Assembly: GCF_009914755.1 (NCBI RefSeq) | Contig: NC_060925.1 | Length of the DNA stretch: 64,000 nt | Reading direction: 5' to 3' (one strand) | Source of the DNA: the human T2T-CHM13v2.0 reference genome, Homo sapiens | Notes under the pieces: model-generated | Told to the model about the DNA's origin: nothing | Databases searched by the model: none | The model's input: the letters and a program-made list of their open reading frames with translations, nothing else | In this document: positions 14,721 through 29,537 of the stretch, piece after piece | Numbering within the stretch: the stretch's first letter is position 1 | Layout: each line of letters opens with the position of its first letter | Position numbers and translations under genes: made by a program

Positions 14721-15353
14721 AGGAGAGAGAGGAGAAGGAGACAACAAAGAAATCCAATGTGGAGTCATGAGAGCCATAGAAAAAGAGTTTATTCACAGGG
14801 AAGAAAGAGTTTGTAGTGTTAAAAATCAAAGAAAGGATATAGATTGAAAAAAAGGTCCTGAAAGAACTGTAATATAAGGCTACAAACATACTCATTGGGG
14901 GCTGGAGGAAGTCCAACATAAGCCAGCCCCAGCGTTGAGCCAGTGAATCGGAGACAAAAGGCTCCTTCTCTTTTTTAGTCCCAGCCAGTTCATAAGCCTG
15001 AGGTTGAATTGCAACTATGATTTATGCTAAATAGCTTTATCTAATTAGGGCTGGTAAAATTGAAGTGGTTGGAATACCTCTGGCAAGAACTTGATAAAAA
15101 TTTGAGAGTCTTTCACGTTAATTTTAATCTTCGTTTGCATGAAATGGGATGGTTAAGGAGAAGTAAAAGAAAAACATGAAAAGGAAGGCACAATAAGAAG
15201 CATTCATTCTTTAAAGGAAAATGGTGTACCAAAGAGTAGTCCCAGAGCTCTTCCTTCTCCTGCCTCCACATAGTCTAAGGTCTGTTTACAGGAAAAACAT
15301 AAGCTAGCGTGGCCAATATAGGTTTTAATGGGTGAGCCAAAAAAAAAAAATGC

Positions 15354-16427
15354 TTTCATGGCAAAAATACCAAAAGCAATTTCAATAAAAGCAAAAATTG
15401 ACAAATGGGATCTAATTAAACTAATGAGCTTCTGCACAGCAAATGAAACTATCATCAGAGTGAACAGACAATTTACAGAATGGAAGAATATTTTTGCAAT
15501 CTATTCATCTGACAAAGGTCTAATATCCAGAGTTTACAAGGAACTTAAACAAATTTACAAGAAAAAAAAAACCCCATTAAAAGATGGGCAAAGGACATGA
15601 ACAGACACTTCTCAAAAGAAGTCATACATGTGGCCAAAAACATATGATAAAAAGCTCAAAATCACTGATCATTAGAGAAATGCAAATCAAAACCACAATG
15701 AGATACCATCTCATGCCAGTCAGAATGGCTATTACTAAAAAGTCAAAAAACAACTGATGCTTGTGAGGTTGTGGAGAAAAAGGAATGCTTTTATGCTGTT
15801 GGTTGGAGTGTAAATTAGTTCAACCATTGTGGAAGACAGTGTGGCAATTCCTCAAAGAGCTAGAGGCTGAAATAACATTTGACCTAGTAATCCAACTATT
15901 GAGTATATACCCAAAGGAATATAAATCATTATATTATAAAGATACATGCATGTTTATGTTCATTGCAGCACATTCACGATAGCAAAGACATGGAATCAAC
16001 CTAAATTTCCATCAATGACAGACTGGATAAAGAAAATGTACATACATACCATGGAATACTACGCAGCCATAAAAAGGAATAAGATCATATCTTTTGCAGG
16101 GACATGGATGGAGCTGGAGGCCATTATCCTCAGCAAACTAACGCAGGGACAGAGAACCAAACACTGCATGTTCTCACTTATAAGTGGGAGATGAATGATG
16201 AGAACACATGGACACATAGGGGGAACAACACATGATGGGGTCAGTCAGAGGGGGGTGTGAGGGGAGGGAGAGTGTCGGGAAGAATAGCTAATGGATACTG
16301 GGCTTAATAAGCAGGTGATGGGATGAATTGTACAGCAAATCACCATGGCACACATTTACCTATGTAAGAAACCCCCACATCCTGCACATATACCCCTGAA
16401 CTTAAAAGTTGAAGGAAAAAAAAAAAA
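15354..16427 (+). mobile_element. 5'-truncated L1 (old L1PA/L1PB-type): ORF2 C-terminus, 3'UTR and poly-A
   Basis: Fragments [24 protein letters not shown] and HTMEYYAAIK...GTWMELEAIILSKL, broken by frameshifts. G-rich 3'UTR, A tail, and AAAAAAATGC flanks. Confidence 0.95.
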
Positions 16428-17838
16428 GTAAAAAAATGCCATCATGATACAATTAGGCACTTATAAAAAATGTGTTCCAAATCCCTCAAAAGTGTTTTAG
16501 TAAGGGGCTTACTAAGTATGGAGATTTCAAATGTGGTATGTGGATGGTGCTAAAATTGAGAGTAAGCATTTAGAAATTTTTAGAGCAAATCGAGAATGCT
16601 GTAACATACAAGCACATTGTCAGTGGACTCATGTCAATGAGCAGGGTATGGACTGGTCTGGGTGTTGTGGAATTCTCATAGTGAGTCACAGGTGGCATGA
16701 CCTGTGCCCTAGTCATACGCAGGAAGACACTTAGACCACAAGCTTGGAAATTAAAAAAAAATTAACCACACAGATAGTTTGAAAATCACTGCTTTAGATC
16801 ACAACCCATTTGTAAGTTAAGAGGCCCTACAGCTCGTTTGGTGCAAGGAAGTTGACAGAGAGCTTGAGCATACACCAAAAAATTTAGATATAAAGTGACG
16901 GGAAATTTGAAGCCATTGTAGAAGATACGAATTGGAGATGGAACTACCCAAAATTACCTTCTATAAGGATCTTCTAGATTAAATGCAAGCTAACTTATTC
17001 TTAAAATTGTTTTGTTCATTATGATATGAACAGAGTCTATATCAGAACCTGGAACATGGCAGGCACTAAATAAATATTTTATGAATATTGAATTAGTTGT
17101 TCTAACAACATCATGGAGAATAGCTTGAGAAGGGTAAAGGCTAGAATCAGAAAAAGTGGCTACGAAGACTTTAAAGACTGTCTAGACATAGGTTGATGGG
17201 TGGATTAGCCTAGTGGATACAGAGATTCAGAAAATATGAATCTAAGAAATATTGGGAGGAACTTCCAGTTTTTCCCATGTCAGTAAGCACATGGACATTC
17301 ATCAAAGTCCAAATCAGAAATGTGGGGTCATCCTTGACTCTTCTCTTTCTCCTTGCTCCTCATATTTGGTCACTCTCTGAATCCTAAATATCGCTACCCT
17401 GCCTTCTCCTGCTATTCACACTGCTTCAGTTCAAGCCCCACCACGTCCCTCCAGGACTTTGTTATAGCTTCCTTAAATGGTCTCCCTGCCCTGGGTTCTT
17501 CCCCATTAAGCTTTTCTTCCAAAATTGAAAATTCAGTGTTTTTCCTTTTTTGTGTGAAACCATGAAATGGCTCCTGATTTACCTTCTAAGCTTCAGCATA
17601 CCTAAGCTCCATGGTAGGGCTGCTCCTTACCAGGCCTTGTGTCATCTGGCACTTGCTTTGCATGCCAGTGCATTCTTCTGCTCCTTACTTGGTGGTTCTT
17701 AAACCAGACCAACACTAAACAACTGGTAACCCCTGCCCCAAGGGTTTGCCATGCTATTTCATGCCTCTGTGCCTTTGCTTATGCTATTCCTTCTGCCTGA
17801 AATGCTCTCACTCCCAGCACCCTGGCTGCTTTTCCATC

Positions 17839-18261
17839 TGTATTCATTTCCTGTTGCTGCTGTAACAAACTATCACAAACTTACTCTTTTTGAGGTCAGA
17901 AGTCTGAAATGAGGCTATTTCATGAGGCTAAAATTAAAGCATTGGCAGACCTTCATACCTCCTGGAGCTGGAGGAGAGACACTGTTCTTTGCCTCTTCCA
18001 GCTTCTAACCACAGTTTTTGTTTTTGTTTGTTTGTTTTTGGTTTTGGCTGATGGTCCCTCATTGTCACATCTCTTTCTCTGACACTCCTGCCTCCTTTTT
18101 CTATAAGGACCCCTGTGATTACATCAGGTTCGTCTGAATAATCTAATCTTCCCATCTTCCTTAAACGTAGTCATATCTGCAAAGTCCTCATTGACATGTA
18201 CGGTAACATTTACAAGTTTGGGATGTGGATATCTCTGAGAAGCCATTATTCTGCTTACTGC
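17839..18261 (-). mobile_element. MLT1 (ERVL-MaLR) solo LTR
   Basis: TGTATTCATTTCCTGTTGCTGCTGTAACAAAC...AAGGACCCCTGTGATTACAT...GCCATTATTCTGC. Confidence 0.8.
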
Positions 18262-20163
18262 AGCACCCAACCCCAATTAATCTCTTAAAGCTCTGCTATC
18301 ACTTTTTCTCTGAAACATGTTCTGCTCAGAGCTAATCACTCTCTATTTTGTGTCATATACATACTACCTTCACTGCATGGGTTGGCTTGTATTGCACATA
18401 ATAACTTTTAAAACACATCTACCTCTCTATTATATTTTGATTTCTTGAGGGGACAGCTTATTTATCTTTGTATTACCAGCAGTAAGCATGTTACATGGTA
18501 TATAGCAAGTAGTAGGAGCTAAATTATACTTTTTAAAAATGAATGTCCCAGGCAGTGCAATGATCCATTTGAATGTTAACTAGACATGTAGGTTTAAATG
18601 GTGACTACAGTTGTGGTGCATTCCTAACTTTGCAGGGTCGTTGCCTACCACTCTCCCTGCCCACGCTTGTCTGCTTCCCCTCCAGTCACATGGCCTTTCT
18701 AACCTTCCTTGGTCATGCTGTTCCTATCCCATCCTCATCTCTCTGTCTGTAATGCCCTTCCTCCAACTTTTCTTTTCATAAATCCCTAATTCATTCTCAA
18801 AGCACAAATCAAAACTTTTTCCTTCTGCAATGCCTTTTATTTGTCTCAAGACAGAATTCATCACTTCCTCTTTTGAGTTGCTAAGACATTTTGTACAGAT
18901 CTGTATTACATATTTCACATTGTGTTTTTCTTGGTTTTATATATGTATCTGTTCCATCACAAGAATGCACAAAAGCCATATCTTGTTTATATCAGTACTA
19001 GGCATATAGCAAACACTCAATAATGTTTATGACCTTAAAGCGAACATATAAACAGATGAGAATGGAGGGGCAACAGAAAGGAACCAAAAGATTAAAAGAG
19101 TGCCTTTGATAAAAGATAAAGAGGAAGGAAGAGACTGAGAAGACCCTCAAAGACAGCATTCAGAAGACCCTAGAGGCAGAGTGTGATGAAGGCTGGAGTT
19201 AGAGTGGCTGACCTCTAATTAAAGAGGAGAATGTGAGAGGCAGCACCACATGCAGTGAGCTGCAGGCCTGAGAAAGAGAAAGGCTGTTGGATGTGACCAC
19301 GAAGAGATCCTAATGGTTTTAGGAAGCATAATGAGAATGCCCAGTCAGGACCCTGGGTCTGCTCCTGTTTTTAGGTTAGGAGAGATTAGGTTAGGTTAGG
19401 ATCTCCAGAGGATAAATGACTTGAGGAAAAGGAATATCACACCTCATATCCGATCAACCTGCTTGAATGCTTGAGGCCATGAACACCTCAGCACAGCTCC
19501 AAGTCAGTTTGGAAGGCTTGGTTCTTTCATCTGATACCACGACTTCAAAGTACTAGGAGATGTAGATGGTTCTCAGGGAATACAGAAGCCAACATAATGT
19601 ATTCCCCTATAATAATCAGAGATTTTCATCAATAGGGCACAGTTGGCTGGGTGGTCCAGGCTCCTGAGGAACAAAGGCAAAATGTCTAAATCTGGCTTCA
19701 GAACTGAGAATAATTTCTCTTTCACGGAACTTTTCTGGATGATGATATTTCTCTATATAAAGCATTCTCTGACCCAGTGGACAAATATTTCTCACATCTC
19801 TGCCTGCCTTGAACCTTGCCCTCCTATCTTCCATCAACACTGCTGTCAGCTGTATTCTCCAACCTGTGTCTTGTTTGGCTAACCTGTATGGCCAACTGTC
19901 TGTCTTTACCTTTACAAAGCCTGATCTAGACAAACTTCTATGCCGGACATCTGCACTGATTTTTGCCCAAATCAATTGTCTAGCATCTATTTCTGTGATC
20001 TGCTTCTGCTGTGTCCTGAATCAGTCTGCTGTGGTCTGATAGGTTGCACATTCTCAATGGGAGTGAGAATTGATCTTGGGGGATAAAAAACAACTTAATT
20101 TTTTAAATGTACAAAGTGCAGATATACATACAATGCATAAACCGATATCACAATATATCTGCG

Positions 20164-20690
20164 TGTATTAGGGCTCTCCAGAGAAACAGAACTGATAGCA
20201 TATATTATATATAGATACACAGAAATAGATTTATTACGAGAGATTGGCTCATGCAATTATGGAACCTGTGAAGTCCCATGATCAGCTGTCTGCAAATTGG
20301 AAGCCCAGGAAAGTTACTGGTGTATTATAACTCCAGTCCAAGCCAGAAGGCCTGAGAACCAGGAGAGCCAATCCTGTAAGTCCCAGTCCAAGTCCAAAGG
20401 CCCCAAAACCAGAAACACTACTGATATCCAAGGGCAGGAGGAGATGGATGTCCCAGCTCCAGAAGAGAGAGTGAACTTGTGCTTCCTCCACCTCTCTGTT
20501 TTATTCAGGCCTTCAAGGGATTGCTTGATGCCCACTCACACTGCCAAGGGTGATCTTTTACTCACTCTATCAATTCAAATGCTAACCTTTTCCAAGAACA
20601 CCCTCCCAGACACACCCACAAATAATGTTTTACCAGTGATCTCAGCAATCCGTAGCCCGCTAAAGTTGACACACAAAATTAACCATCACA
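20164..20690 (-). mobile_element. MLT2 (ERVL) solo LTR, MLT2B-like
   Basis: TGTATTAGGGCTCTCCAGAGAAACAGAAC...AAGTTGACACACAAAATTAACCATCACA, with both termini present. Confidence 0.88.
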
Positions 20691-21236
20691 CTATGGTACC
20701 AAAATTTGATAGAGGAGAGCAATTTTTAAAAACATCGGAAAAGCCTCCTTAGGAAGGCAATAATGAAAAGAAAAGGGTTGAGAAATATTGTGATAGGTGA
20801 TGAGGCTGCAATTCCTGTAACAGAAGGAACATAAGGAGACTGGATTGTGAGGAAATGGAGGTAGTCACAGTTATTTGACTGAGAAGTAGACTACAGAGAG
20901 AATTCCGATGAAGCAAACAAATTATGAGCACTTATTATGTGCCATGAACTGTGTGAAACCCTTTCACATTTGTTAGCAAAGAGCTTCTCCTTTAGTAGTA
21001 ATGTACATATTCCTTGCAGAAAAAACAGTGACATTTTCCATTGAGACAGTAGCGCACCTATCTCTCCTCTGCTTCAGCAGCCTTTATGCTAATTACTGTT
21101 TTGGAAGTAACTCCTCATTCACTTTTTGCAACATAAGATAATGAGAAATACAGCCCAGATTTTGTTTGTAGAAGCTCCTTTCATGGCAGCCTTTCAACAG
21201 TTTGGGTAATTTAAAAGATGCAGTTGTAATCGTGAC

Positions 21237-21275
21237 TAACTCATTAAGATGCTTGATGAGCATCTTAATGAGTTA
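21237..21275. repeat. Perfect 17-bp inverted repeat with 5-nt spacer
   Basis: TAACTCATTAAGATGCT-TGATG-AGCATCTTAATGAGTTA. Confidence 0.97.
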
Positions 21276-21523
21276 AAAAACCTGGACATTTTTAACGCAC
21301 TTTTGGAAAGAGGCAAGAAAAATATAAGAGTGGGAATAATCCAAGGAAAACATTTCAAGTCTTTGAACAATAGACCCTAGAATTTCCTTAGCTTGAGATA
21401 GGTTAGGACAAGAAAACAGAATGTTGCTTAAAAGAAGCCCAGTGATCATTTGTGTCTACTTGCACTTCTGGAATATGACTTTTGTTTGTTAGTTGGTTCA
21501 TTTTGACTTAAAAAGTGTTTTTC

Positions 21524-21863
<340 letters not shown>

Positions 21864-22739
21864 TCATTAAGAATTTACTACTGCGTCTTTAGATTTTATC
21901 TCAGGCAGATCAATGCTATGTATTTGTCCCCTGTACTTGATCCCTGTGCTTTCCTTCTCTCCTACTTTCCTACTCTTGTCATGAGTGCTGAGGCAGGGAT
22001 GATGTTGGGGTGGAAAGCTGAAGGGCGAAGATGAATGAGCCACAGTGTCCACTTAGAATCTACAGCCAACTCTTGGCAGCTTATCCGTGGTAATTCTTGT
22101 TTCAGCTTCTTGTTGACTTTATCACCCACTCAATGTGCTTAATTCTATGATGGATGTTATCACCAGCTCTGTTTATTCACAATGCCAAGAACACCAGTGG
22201 AACAGGGAAATATTCAGGAAAACCCACTTTATGGTGTCAACTTGACCAGAAAACGAAACACAACTCCATCATTGCTTTATTGAATTTGGCATCGTTCTAG
22301 AAATAAACTATCATTTATATTTTGTCAAACAAAAAGAAGAGGAGAAGAGATTTCAAAAGCACTGCTTCTGGGGAGGGTCTGGATCAAAGGTAAATGTGTG
22401 ACTTTAGGTGACAGAAAAGCATCTCCACTCAGATGCATCCAACTTTGAGGGGGCACTGACTACAGGACAGTAGAGACAAGGGACACTCATGAACAAGCAG
22501 CTTTTCCAATTCTGGGTCCTTTTCAAACTGTAGTATCAACATATATTTTTAAGTTTCATAAATTCTTGGAACATTAAACATATCCATTCAAACAGTTCTT
22601 TCAATATGGTGGATATTTGTAGGCTGCCCTGGAAATCAGAACACCTTGAATTTAATTCCTGCTATGACACTGGCTGACTCTGTAACTTTCACCTTTTTTA
22701 GTTCTCCAAGATGATATAAATAATGGAAAACATATAGGA

Positions 22740-22945
22740 CTCTAAAATGGTTGCAACATAGGTTCAAATCTGACCCCTACCACTTGTTAGCTTGTCAACA
22801 TTGGATAAGTTATTTGACTTCTTTGAGCATCAGTATCTTTATTTGTTAAATGGAGATAAAGATATCTTTCTTGCAGGAATGTTGTATGGATCTAATGAGA
22901 TCATGTATGCAAAACACCCAACACATAGTTGTCACTTTATAAATG
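22740..22945 (+). mobile_element. MIR SINE relic
   Basis: GGTTCAAATC...CCACTTGTTAGC...GGATAAGTTATTTGACTTCT...TAATGAGAT. Confidence 0.6.
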
Positions 22946-23908
22946 GCTGTTCTAGTAGCCATTTGCACAGAGATGGGGAAAGGCTAGGTGACAAAAGGCA
23001 TGGGCATTCTGAGCTCATCAGTTGATAGGGCTTCCTTAACGCCATAGCTTTATTAGAGAAGGAGGAGGATACAGCCCAGCCACATAGGAACTCAGGCCTC
23101 TTTTATTTCTGCAGGATCTGGTCACCACAACAATCAGAATGTGCAGGGGTAAGACTAAGGAAGAGAGAGAGAGGAAGAATGGATGGTGGGGGGGGGGGGG
23201 GGCGGCTCTCTTCTTCCTAGCGGCAGAGAATCCCGCAGTATTCCTTCAGTTGCAGAAACTAAATGGAAGGCAAATGGCTGTCTGCTTGTGGTGCATGCAC
23301 CAAGACAAACTACTAAAGTGTTTCCTGCCCAGTCCCCACAGGTGTTGCTTCTCAGCTTTGGATAAGTCCTCCAGCAAGTACTTTGTTGAAAGCGAGAAAG
23401 GCAGCTGCATAACTCTCCAGTCCACAGAGCTGACAAATCACTGTGTCATCAAAGAAGAGGGAATCATGGGAAATAGCCTGTGGTTCACCCTCTAAGGCAG
23501 GGAGTCAGGAGGCTGTGAGGTGGCACATTTGATTCTTGCTCATTAACATAGTTTCTCTTTGTGTCCTCCTCCTCCTCTTTGCCTGCTTGCCTGTTCCACT
23601 GGGTAAGCAGCAAGTGCCTACTCAAATCATTATTTATCAAATGTGTACTATGTTCCCAACATTCATTCAATACACCTATATTGAAAGCCTTTTATGAGAA
23701 TAACAAAAATAACAAGATAGATTCAGAGTAAGATTCAGAGACTGAAGCAAGTCCGCATATAGTAATCACATGTTCAACTAGTTGTTAAGTGGTATATATA
23801 ATACATAGAAACCAACCGTGGAGGACCTCAGGGAAAGGAGCCAGGAAGCTGAGGAAGGCTTTGGAGAGAAGATGACATTGGAGCTAGGCCTTCACCCAAA
23901 ATTCCATA

Positions 23909-24644
<736 letters not shown>

Positions 24645-25191
24645 CTATGGGTCAACTATATCACTATGGATCCAGGGGAGGATGGGATAGGGGAGGGGAG
24701 GCAGCAAGGGCATTATAGGCAAAGGGAAGTGCACATATGAAGGTGAAGAGGACATGAGCCCACAGCATGTCTGGGGACTGGCTGGTAGCTTGATGTGCCT
24801 GGAACAAAGGCTATGCAATCCTGGGCAGCAGCAGGGGGAGAGGTAAATGTGGTCGGAATGCCAACGATTTTCCATGCCAGTCTGTCCAGTTTGGGCTTTA
24901 ACTGTAGAGAATGGGGAGCCATTGGTGAGTTTTAAGTATGAAGTGATGGGTTTATACTTGTATTTTGGACAATCCTGTGGGCTTCAGAGTACTGAATGGA
25001 CTAAAAGAGAGGCTAAAAGCTGGGAGACAGTTAAGAGCTCACTGAAATTGCCAATGATGTCAAATGCTGCAAACTCATCAAGGAAAATGAAGACTGAGAA
25101 TGAGTTCATTGCATTTGACAGTTGGAGATCTTTGGTGACATCTAAAAGTAATTTCACTATAACGACTGAAGCAGAAGCTGGATTACTAAGC

Positions 25192-25373
25192 CAGTAGTTC
25201 TCAAAGTGTGGTCCCTAGATCAGCAGCACTGGCATCACTTGAGAATGTTATAAATGTAATTTATCTGGCTCAACCCACACCCCTTTCAAAACTTTGGGAA
25301 TGAAGCCTAGCAATTGGCATTTTTACAAGTCTTCTGGATGATTCTGATAAATGCTAAAGTTTGAGAACAACTA
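25192..25373. mobile_element. MER5A hAT-Charlie MITE
   Basis: CAGTAGTTCTCAAAGTGTGGTCCC...TAAAGTTTGAGAACAACT terminal inverted repeats. Confidence 0.8.
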
Positions 25374-25539
25374 GCCTAAATGACTCTTCATCTCTTCCCC
25401 AGACGTTCCTTACTCTGATGACACCTCAATTATTTGATATTTCCTAAGTAATCATTAATATGGTTTCTCAGTTATCTGCATAAATTGTTCCTGTCAGTCA
25501 TGTGCAATATATGTACAGTCTCTGCCTGATAATATTGAA

Positions 25540-25775
25540 CTCATTGTTCAAGGCCTAACTCAAATGTCACCTCCCTAGGAAGTCTCTCCAATTTCCTCCA
25601 GGCAGCCCCCCATGGATACTTGTGCACATATTTATGTCATAAAATGTATATTATTTGTTGTGTTGATTTGGTTTACTATCTTCCCTACTAACTAGAAGCT
25701 CTTCGGGAGTAGGGACTGCTTTATCGATCTCTATTTCCATATTGTTTTTACATCTTAAGTGCTCAATAAATGTAA
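25540..25775 (+). mobile_element. L2 3' relic
   Basis: TTCAAGGCCTAACTCAAATGTCACCTCC...GTGCTCAATAAATG. Confidence 0.6.
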
Positions 25776-25883
25776 GAAGAGGAAGCTGTAATAAATTGCA
25801 GAAATAAAAACAGAAAGGGACAAACCACTGTTTTAAGAGGTTTGGAAGTGAAAGATGAATTTGAAATAGAAATACAATAGAAA

Positions 25884-25884
<1 letters not shown>

Positions 25885-25930
<46 letters not shown>
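25885..25930. repeat. (TG)23 microsatellite
   Basis: Direct reading. Confidence 0.97.
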
Positions 25931-25932
<2 letters not shown>

Positions 25933-26693
25933 TGGAAGAAAACTGTTGGCTGAGGGATTAAGCCAGTAGAGAGGGAAAGATGAATGATGAGACAGTGGGA
26001 ATCAGTGGGTATTGAATGCAAAATGGTCCTGGAGAAGGCAGAAGGGAATTAAATCAATGGCCAATGCTGAAGAATTAGCATTGAAAGAAGGAAAGACTCT
26101 TTTTTTCTGAGATACAACACAAGGAAGTAAAGGTGGGTACATAAGTGATGAGTTGTGAGGTTGAGATGGGAGATGGTAGGGAGTCCTTAGATGGCCTGTC
26201 AGTGTAGAAATGGTGAGGGCTAGGGAAGGTTTTGCAGGGGAGGTGATATTTGAACTAGGAGATGTCTTTAGTGAAGTAGGAAGTGAAGCCTTTTGCTGGG
26301 AAGAAAATGGGGAACAGAAAGAAGGAAAGAGGCTACAGCAGAGAGGTGAAGACTTGTAAATGCTAGGGAGGGGATTGGAGAACAACAGCAGGGGATTCTT
26401 TTGGGCTGATCCATCTCCCTGATTCAAGACAAAGAAAGAGTCCACTTATTCATCCAATTGTGATTGGCAATAAAAGAAGTATGGAGGGATTGTCCCCAAA
26501 GGCTGTCTTTGAAATAAGATGGACAACTTCTGGATACAGATCCCAATACTAATATAGAAAGTATTCTAGCTCTATATATTAATTAAGGCTGGAATATTTT
26601 GCAGACAATAACAATGCTATGTATGGCAACTATGTACAACAAAGGAAAATATTTATGGTATATGAATTGCCTAAGAAATCTGGATAAAAACTA

Positions 26694-27008
<315 letters not shown>

Positions 27009-28176
27009 CTATATGTATGTCTTGATTACAACTCTGTAAGAACATACATATGAAGAACAAATGAATAAAACACATGAAAATGCTATTAGTGGTGGTATTA
27101 TAGGTCATTTTTCCTTTAAATTTTAAATTGATGTTTTAATGTTTATAATTAGTTGGCAATAAATAGAATTTTTTTTCCTTGCTGGCTTTAAAAAATTTAC
27201 TAGGAACACTTAGAAGAGAGTATTTCAAAATAAAAAGTTGTAAGGTGAAAACAATCAGTAGAATTGTATGAACACCTCCCATATAAGGGGCAGATGCCAG
27301 GAAAAGAAGTCCTTAAGTTGAGCCAGAGTTGGAAGCTGACAAGCAAGAGGTTGGATGCCACGATATAGAAGAGCACAAAAGAGGTATATGACCTAGCCCT
27401 TGACTCACAGTAAACTTGAGAGACTAGGCTTACAATAAATGATTCGAGGATAACTTATTCAGTTATCTAAACAACGGATGGGACTGGATCACTGAGGCAG
27501 TGACCTGTGGGCAGGCGGGACAATGCAGAGGTCAATTATGTGCCATCGGAGTTGATCAGATGGACCTGGGCTTAAATCCCTGTGCCACTGCTTAGCAGCT
27601 GTGTGATCTAAGACAACTTACTCAGGTTTCATTTTCTGCACTGTGAAGTAGAAATAATAATACCTTCTCATAAGCTGTTGAAGCATTACAAACAATAAAG
27701 CAGGTAAAATGCTTAATACAATGTTTGACACACAAAATTGCCATTATCGTTATTAACGCTTTATTGTTGCGTCATCTATGAGTATTTATGATGGAGGAAA
27801 CTGATTTAGACTAGGGGCACATTGAATTCTTTGGAGGGACTTCAGGGAGGTATCTTAAGAGCCGTGAGAGAGTCTCAGGGGGCAGTGAAGACTCCCTCAC
27901 TGCTGGAACAATGCTGTGGGCTCACCCTAGGCCTTCAGGAGGGGAGAGAGATGTGCAAGGAGGAACTCCATGGTGGTTCTTCTTTTGCTAGTGTTTGTGC
28001 TACTTCCCCACTTCTAAACAGGTGCATAGTACTCCATAGCACCCTTTCATCTTCCTTTCCCACTCTTCTGTTCTGTTTTTCTTCTCTTCAACTCTTCTTA
28101 CTTCCCTTTTCTCCTCAAAACCAAGTGGTGGATGGGTAAGGAACTATACTATCTTTTGTGTGTTCTAACTTTGCCG

Positions 28177-28497
28177 TTTTTTTTTTTTTGTTGTTGTTGT
28201 TATTGTTTGTTTTAATTTTTGTTTTTTCTTGAGACAGTGTCTCACTCTGTCACCCAGACTGGAGTGCAGTGGTGTGATCACAGCTCACTGTAACCTCAAC
28301 CTCTGGGGCTCAAGTGATCCTCTCACCTCAGCCTCCTGAGTAGCTGGGACCACAGGCACAAGACACATGCTAGGCTAATTTTTAAATTTTTCATAGAGAT
28401 GGTGTCTCGCTAGGTTGCCCAGGCTGGTCTCGAACTTTTCGCCTCTTGTCTCAGCCTCCAAAGTGCTGGGATTACAGGGTGAGCCACTGCACGTAGC
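28177..28497 (-). mobile_element. AluJ with internal deletion
   Basis: GATCACAGCTCACTGTAACCTCAACCTCTGGGGCTCAAGTGATCC are J-type features. Confidence 0.88.
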
Positions 28498-29366
28498 TCG
28501 GATATAATTGTTGAGTAGCTGAATAGGAGACCTAAGTCAGCCTTGAAAATCACCTGTTCCTGCTTATTTTCAGGGATCTCTTTCCTATTTGCCAATAAAC
28601 ACATTTTAGTGGACTAATCATGAATCGTTTTATGGTTGGCCTCACATTTAAAATGTTGGTGGTGCTCCTCCTGCCCTCCAAAGCCCTTTATGGAGCACAT
28701 TAACAGAGCCCTGCCAGCGTTACAAGCTGGGCCCCACCTGAGGTTGTCTCCATTGCCCCCTCCACCCACTTTACTGGCCACAGAATGTTTGTGCTTTGGT
28801 GTTTTCATCAGTTGAGTTCCTTTTGCTCACCAAAGAAACACCACAAAAGACACTTTTGCCAGAAAACCTTTCTCCTCCCTTGCTTCAAATACATCACTTT
28901 ACAAAGAGTGTTTTAATTAAAACAGCTTATAAAAGTTTATGCTTTGGATTTTTTTCCTCCCAGGGAAACAGTATTCAGGCTGCATAGAGTCATTCTACTT
29001 GGTGGGATGACTGTCCTAAAGATGTCCTTTCCCTAAGCCCAATTTCCCCACCAGAGAGAAGAGCCTGCCAGGGTTGTTAGGGCCGAGAAGATGGTCTCAG
29101 ATGCAGCAGCGTGCTGGGCCCATTGCAGAGTGCTCAGTTCATCTTCTGGGTAGTCTGTGTCTGGTTTCATGCCAGGAGGGAGAGCTAAAGGGAAGCTACA
29201 GAAGCATCCACGGTTGGCAGGACTGTTGGACATTTGCGGCTTCAGCAGGGTCACCCTGTTTGGTTGAGCAGGTTGTTTCTGTACAAGGCAGCGAGCATCC
29301 AGGGTCTGAGTCAGGGACTGAGATCCAGACTGTGCCAGGCTTGACCTATGCCTGCCATGGGGCTGG

Positions 29367-29537
29367 GTATTAGTTTCCTGTGGCTACTGTGATGAACTGT
29401 CACCAGCTGGGTGCCTTAAAACAACACATTTCTTCTCTCACAGTTTTGGAGGCCAGAAGTCTGAAATCAAGGTGTCATCTGGGTTCTGGAGGCTCAGAGG
29501 GAGAATCTGTTCTTAGCTTCTGGCGGCTACCAGAAAT
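29367..29537 (-). mobile_element. MLT1 LTR fragment ending at a poly-T run
   Basis: GTATTAGTTTCCTGTGGCT...CTCACAGTTTTGGAGGCCAGAAGTCTGAAATCAAGGTGTC. Confidence 0.75.

Noticed and set aside
15328-16194. L1 ORF2-like peptides as a gene
   Set aside because: This is a frameshifted, 5'-truncated, inactive L1 fragment.
20297-20752. 151-aa ORF
   Set aside because: It lies within the MLT2 LTR, has a non-ATG start and shows no recognisable domain.
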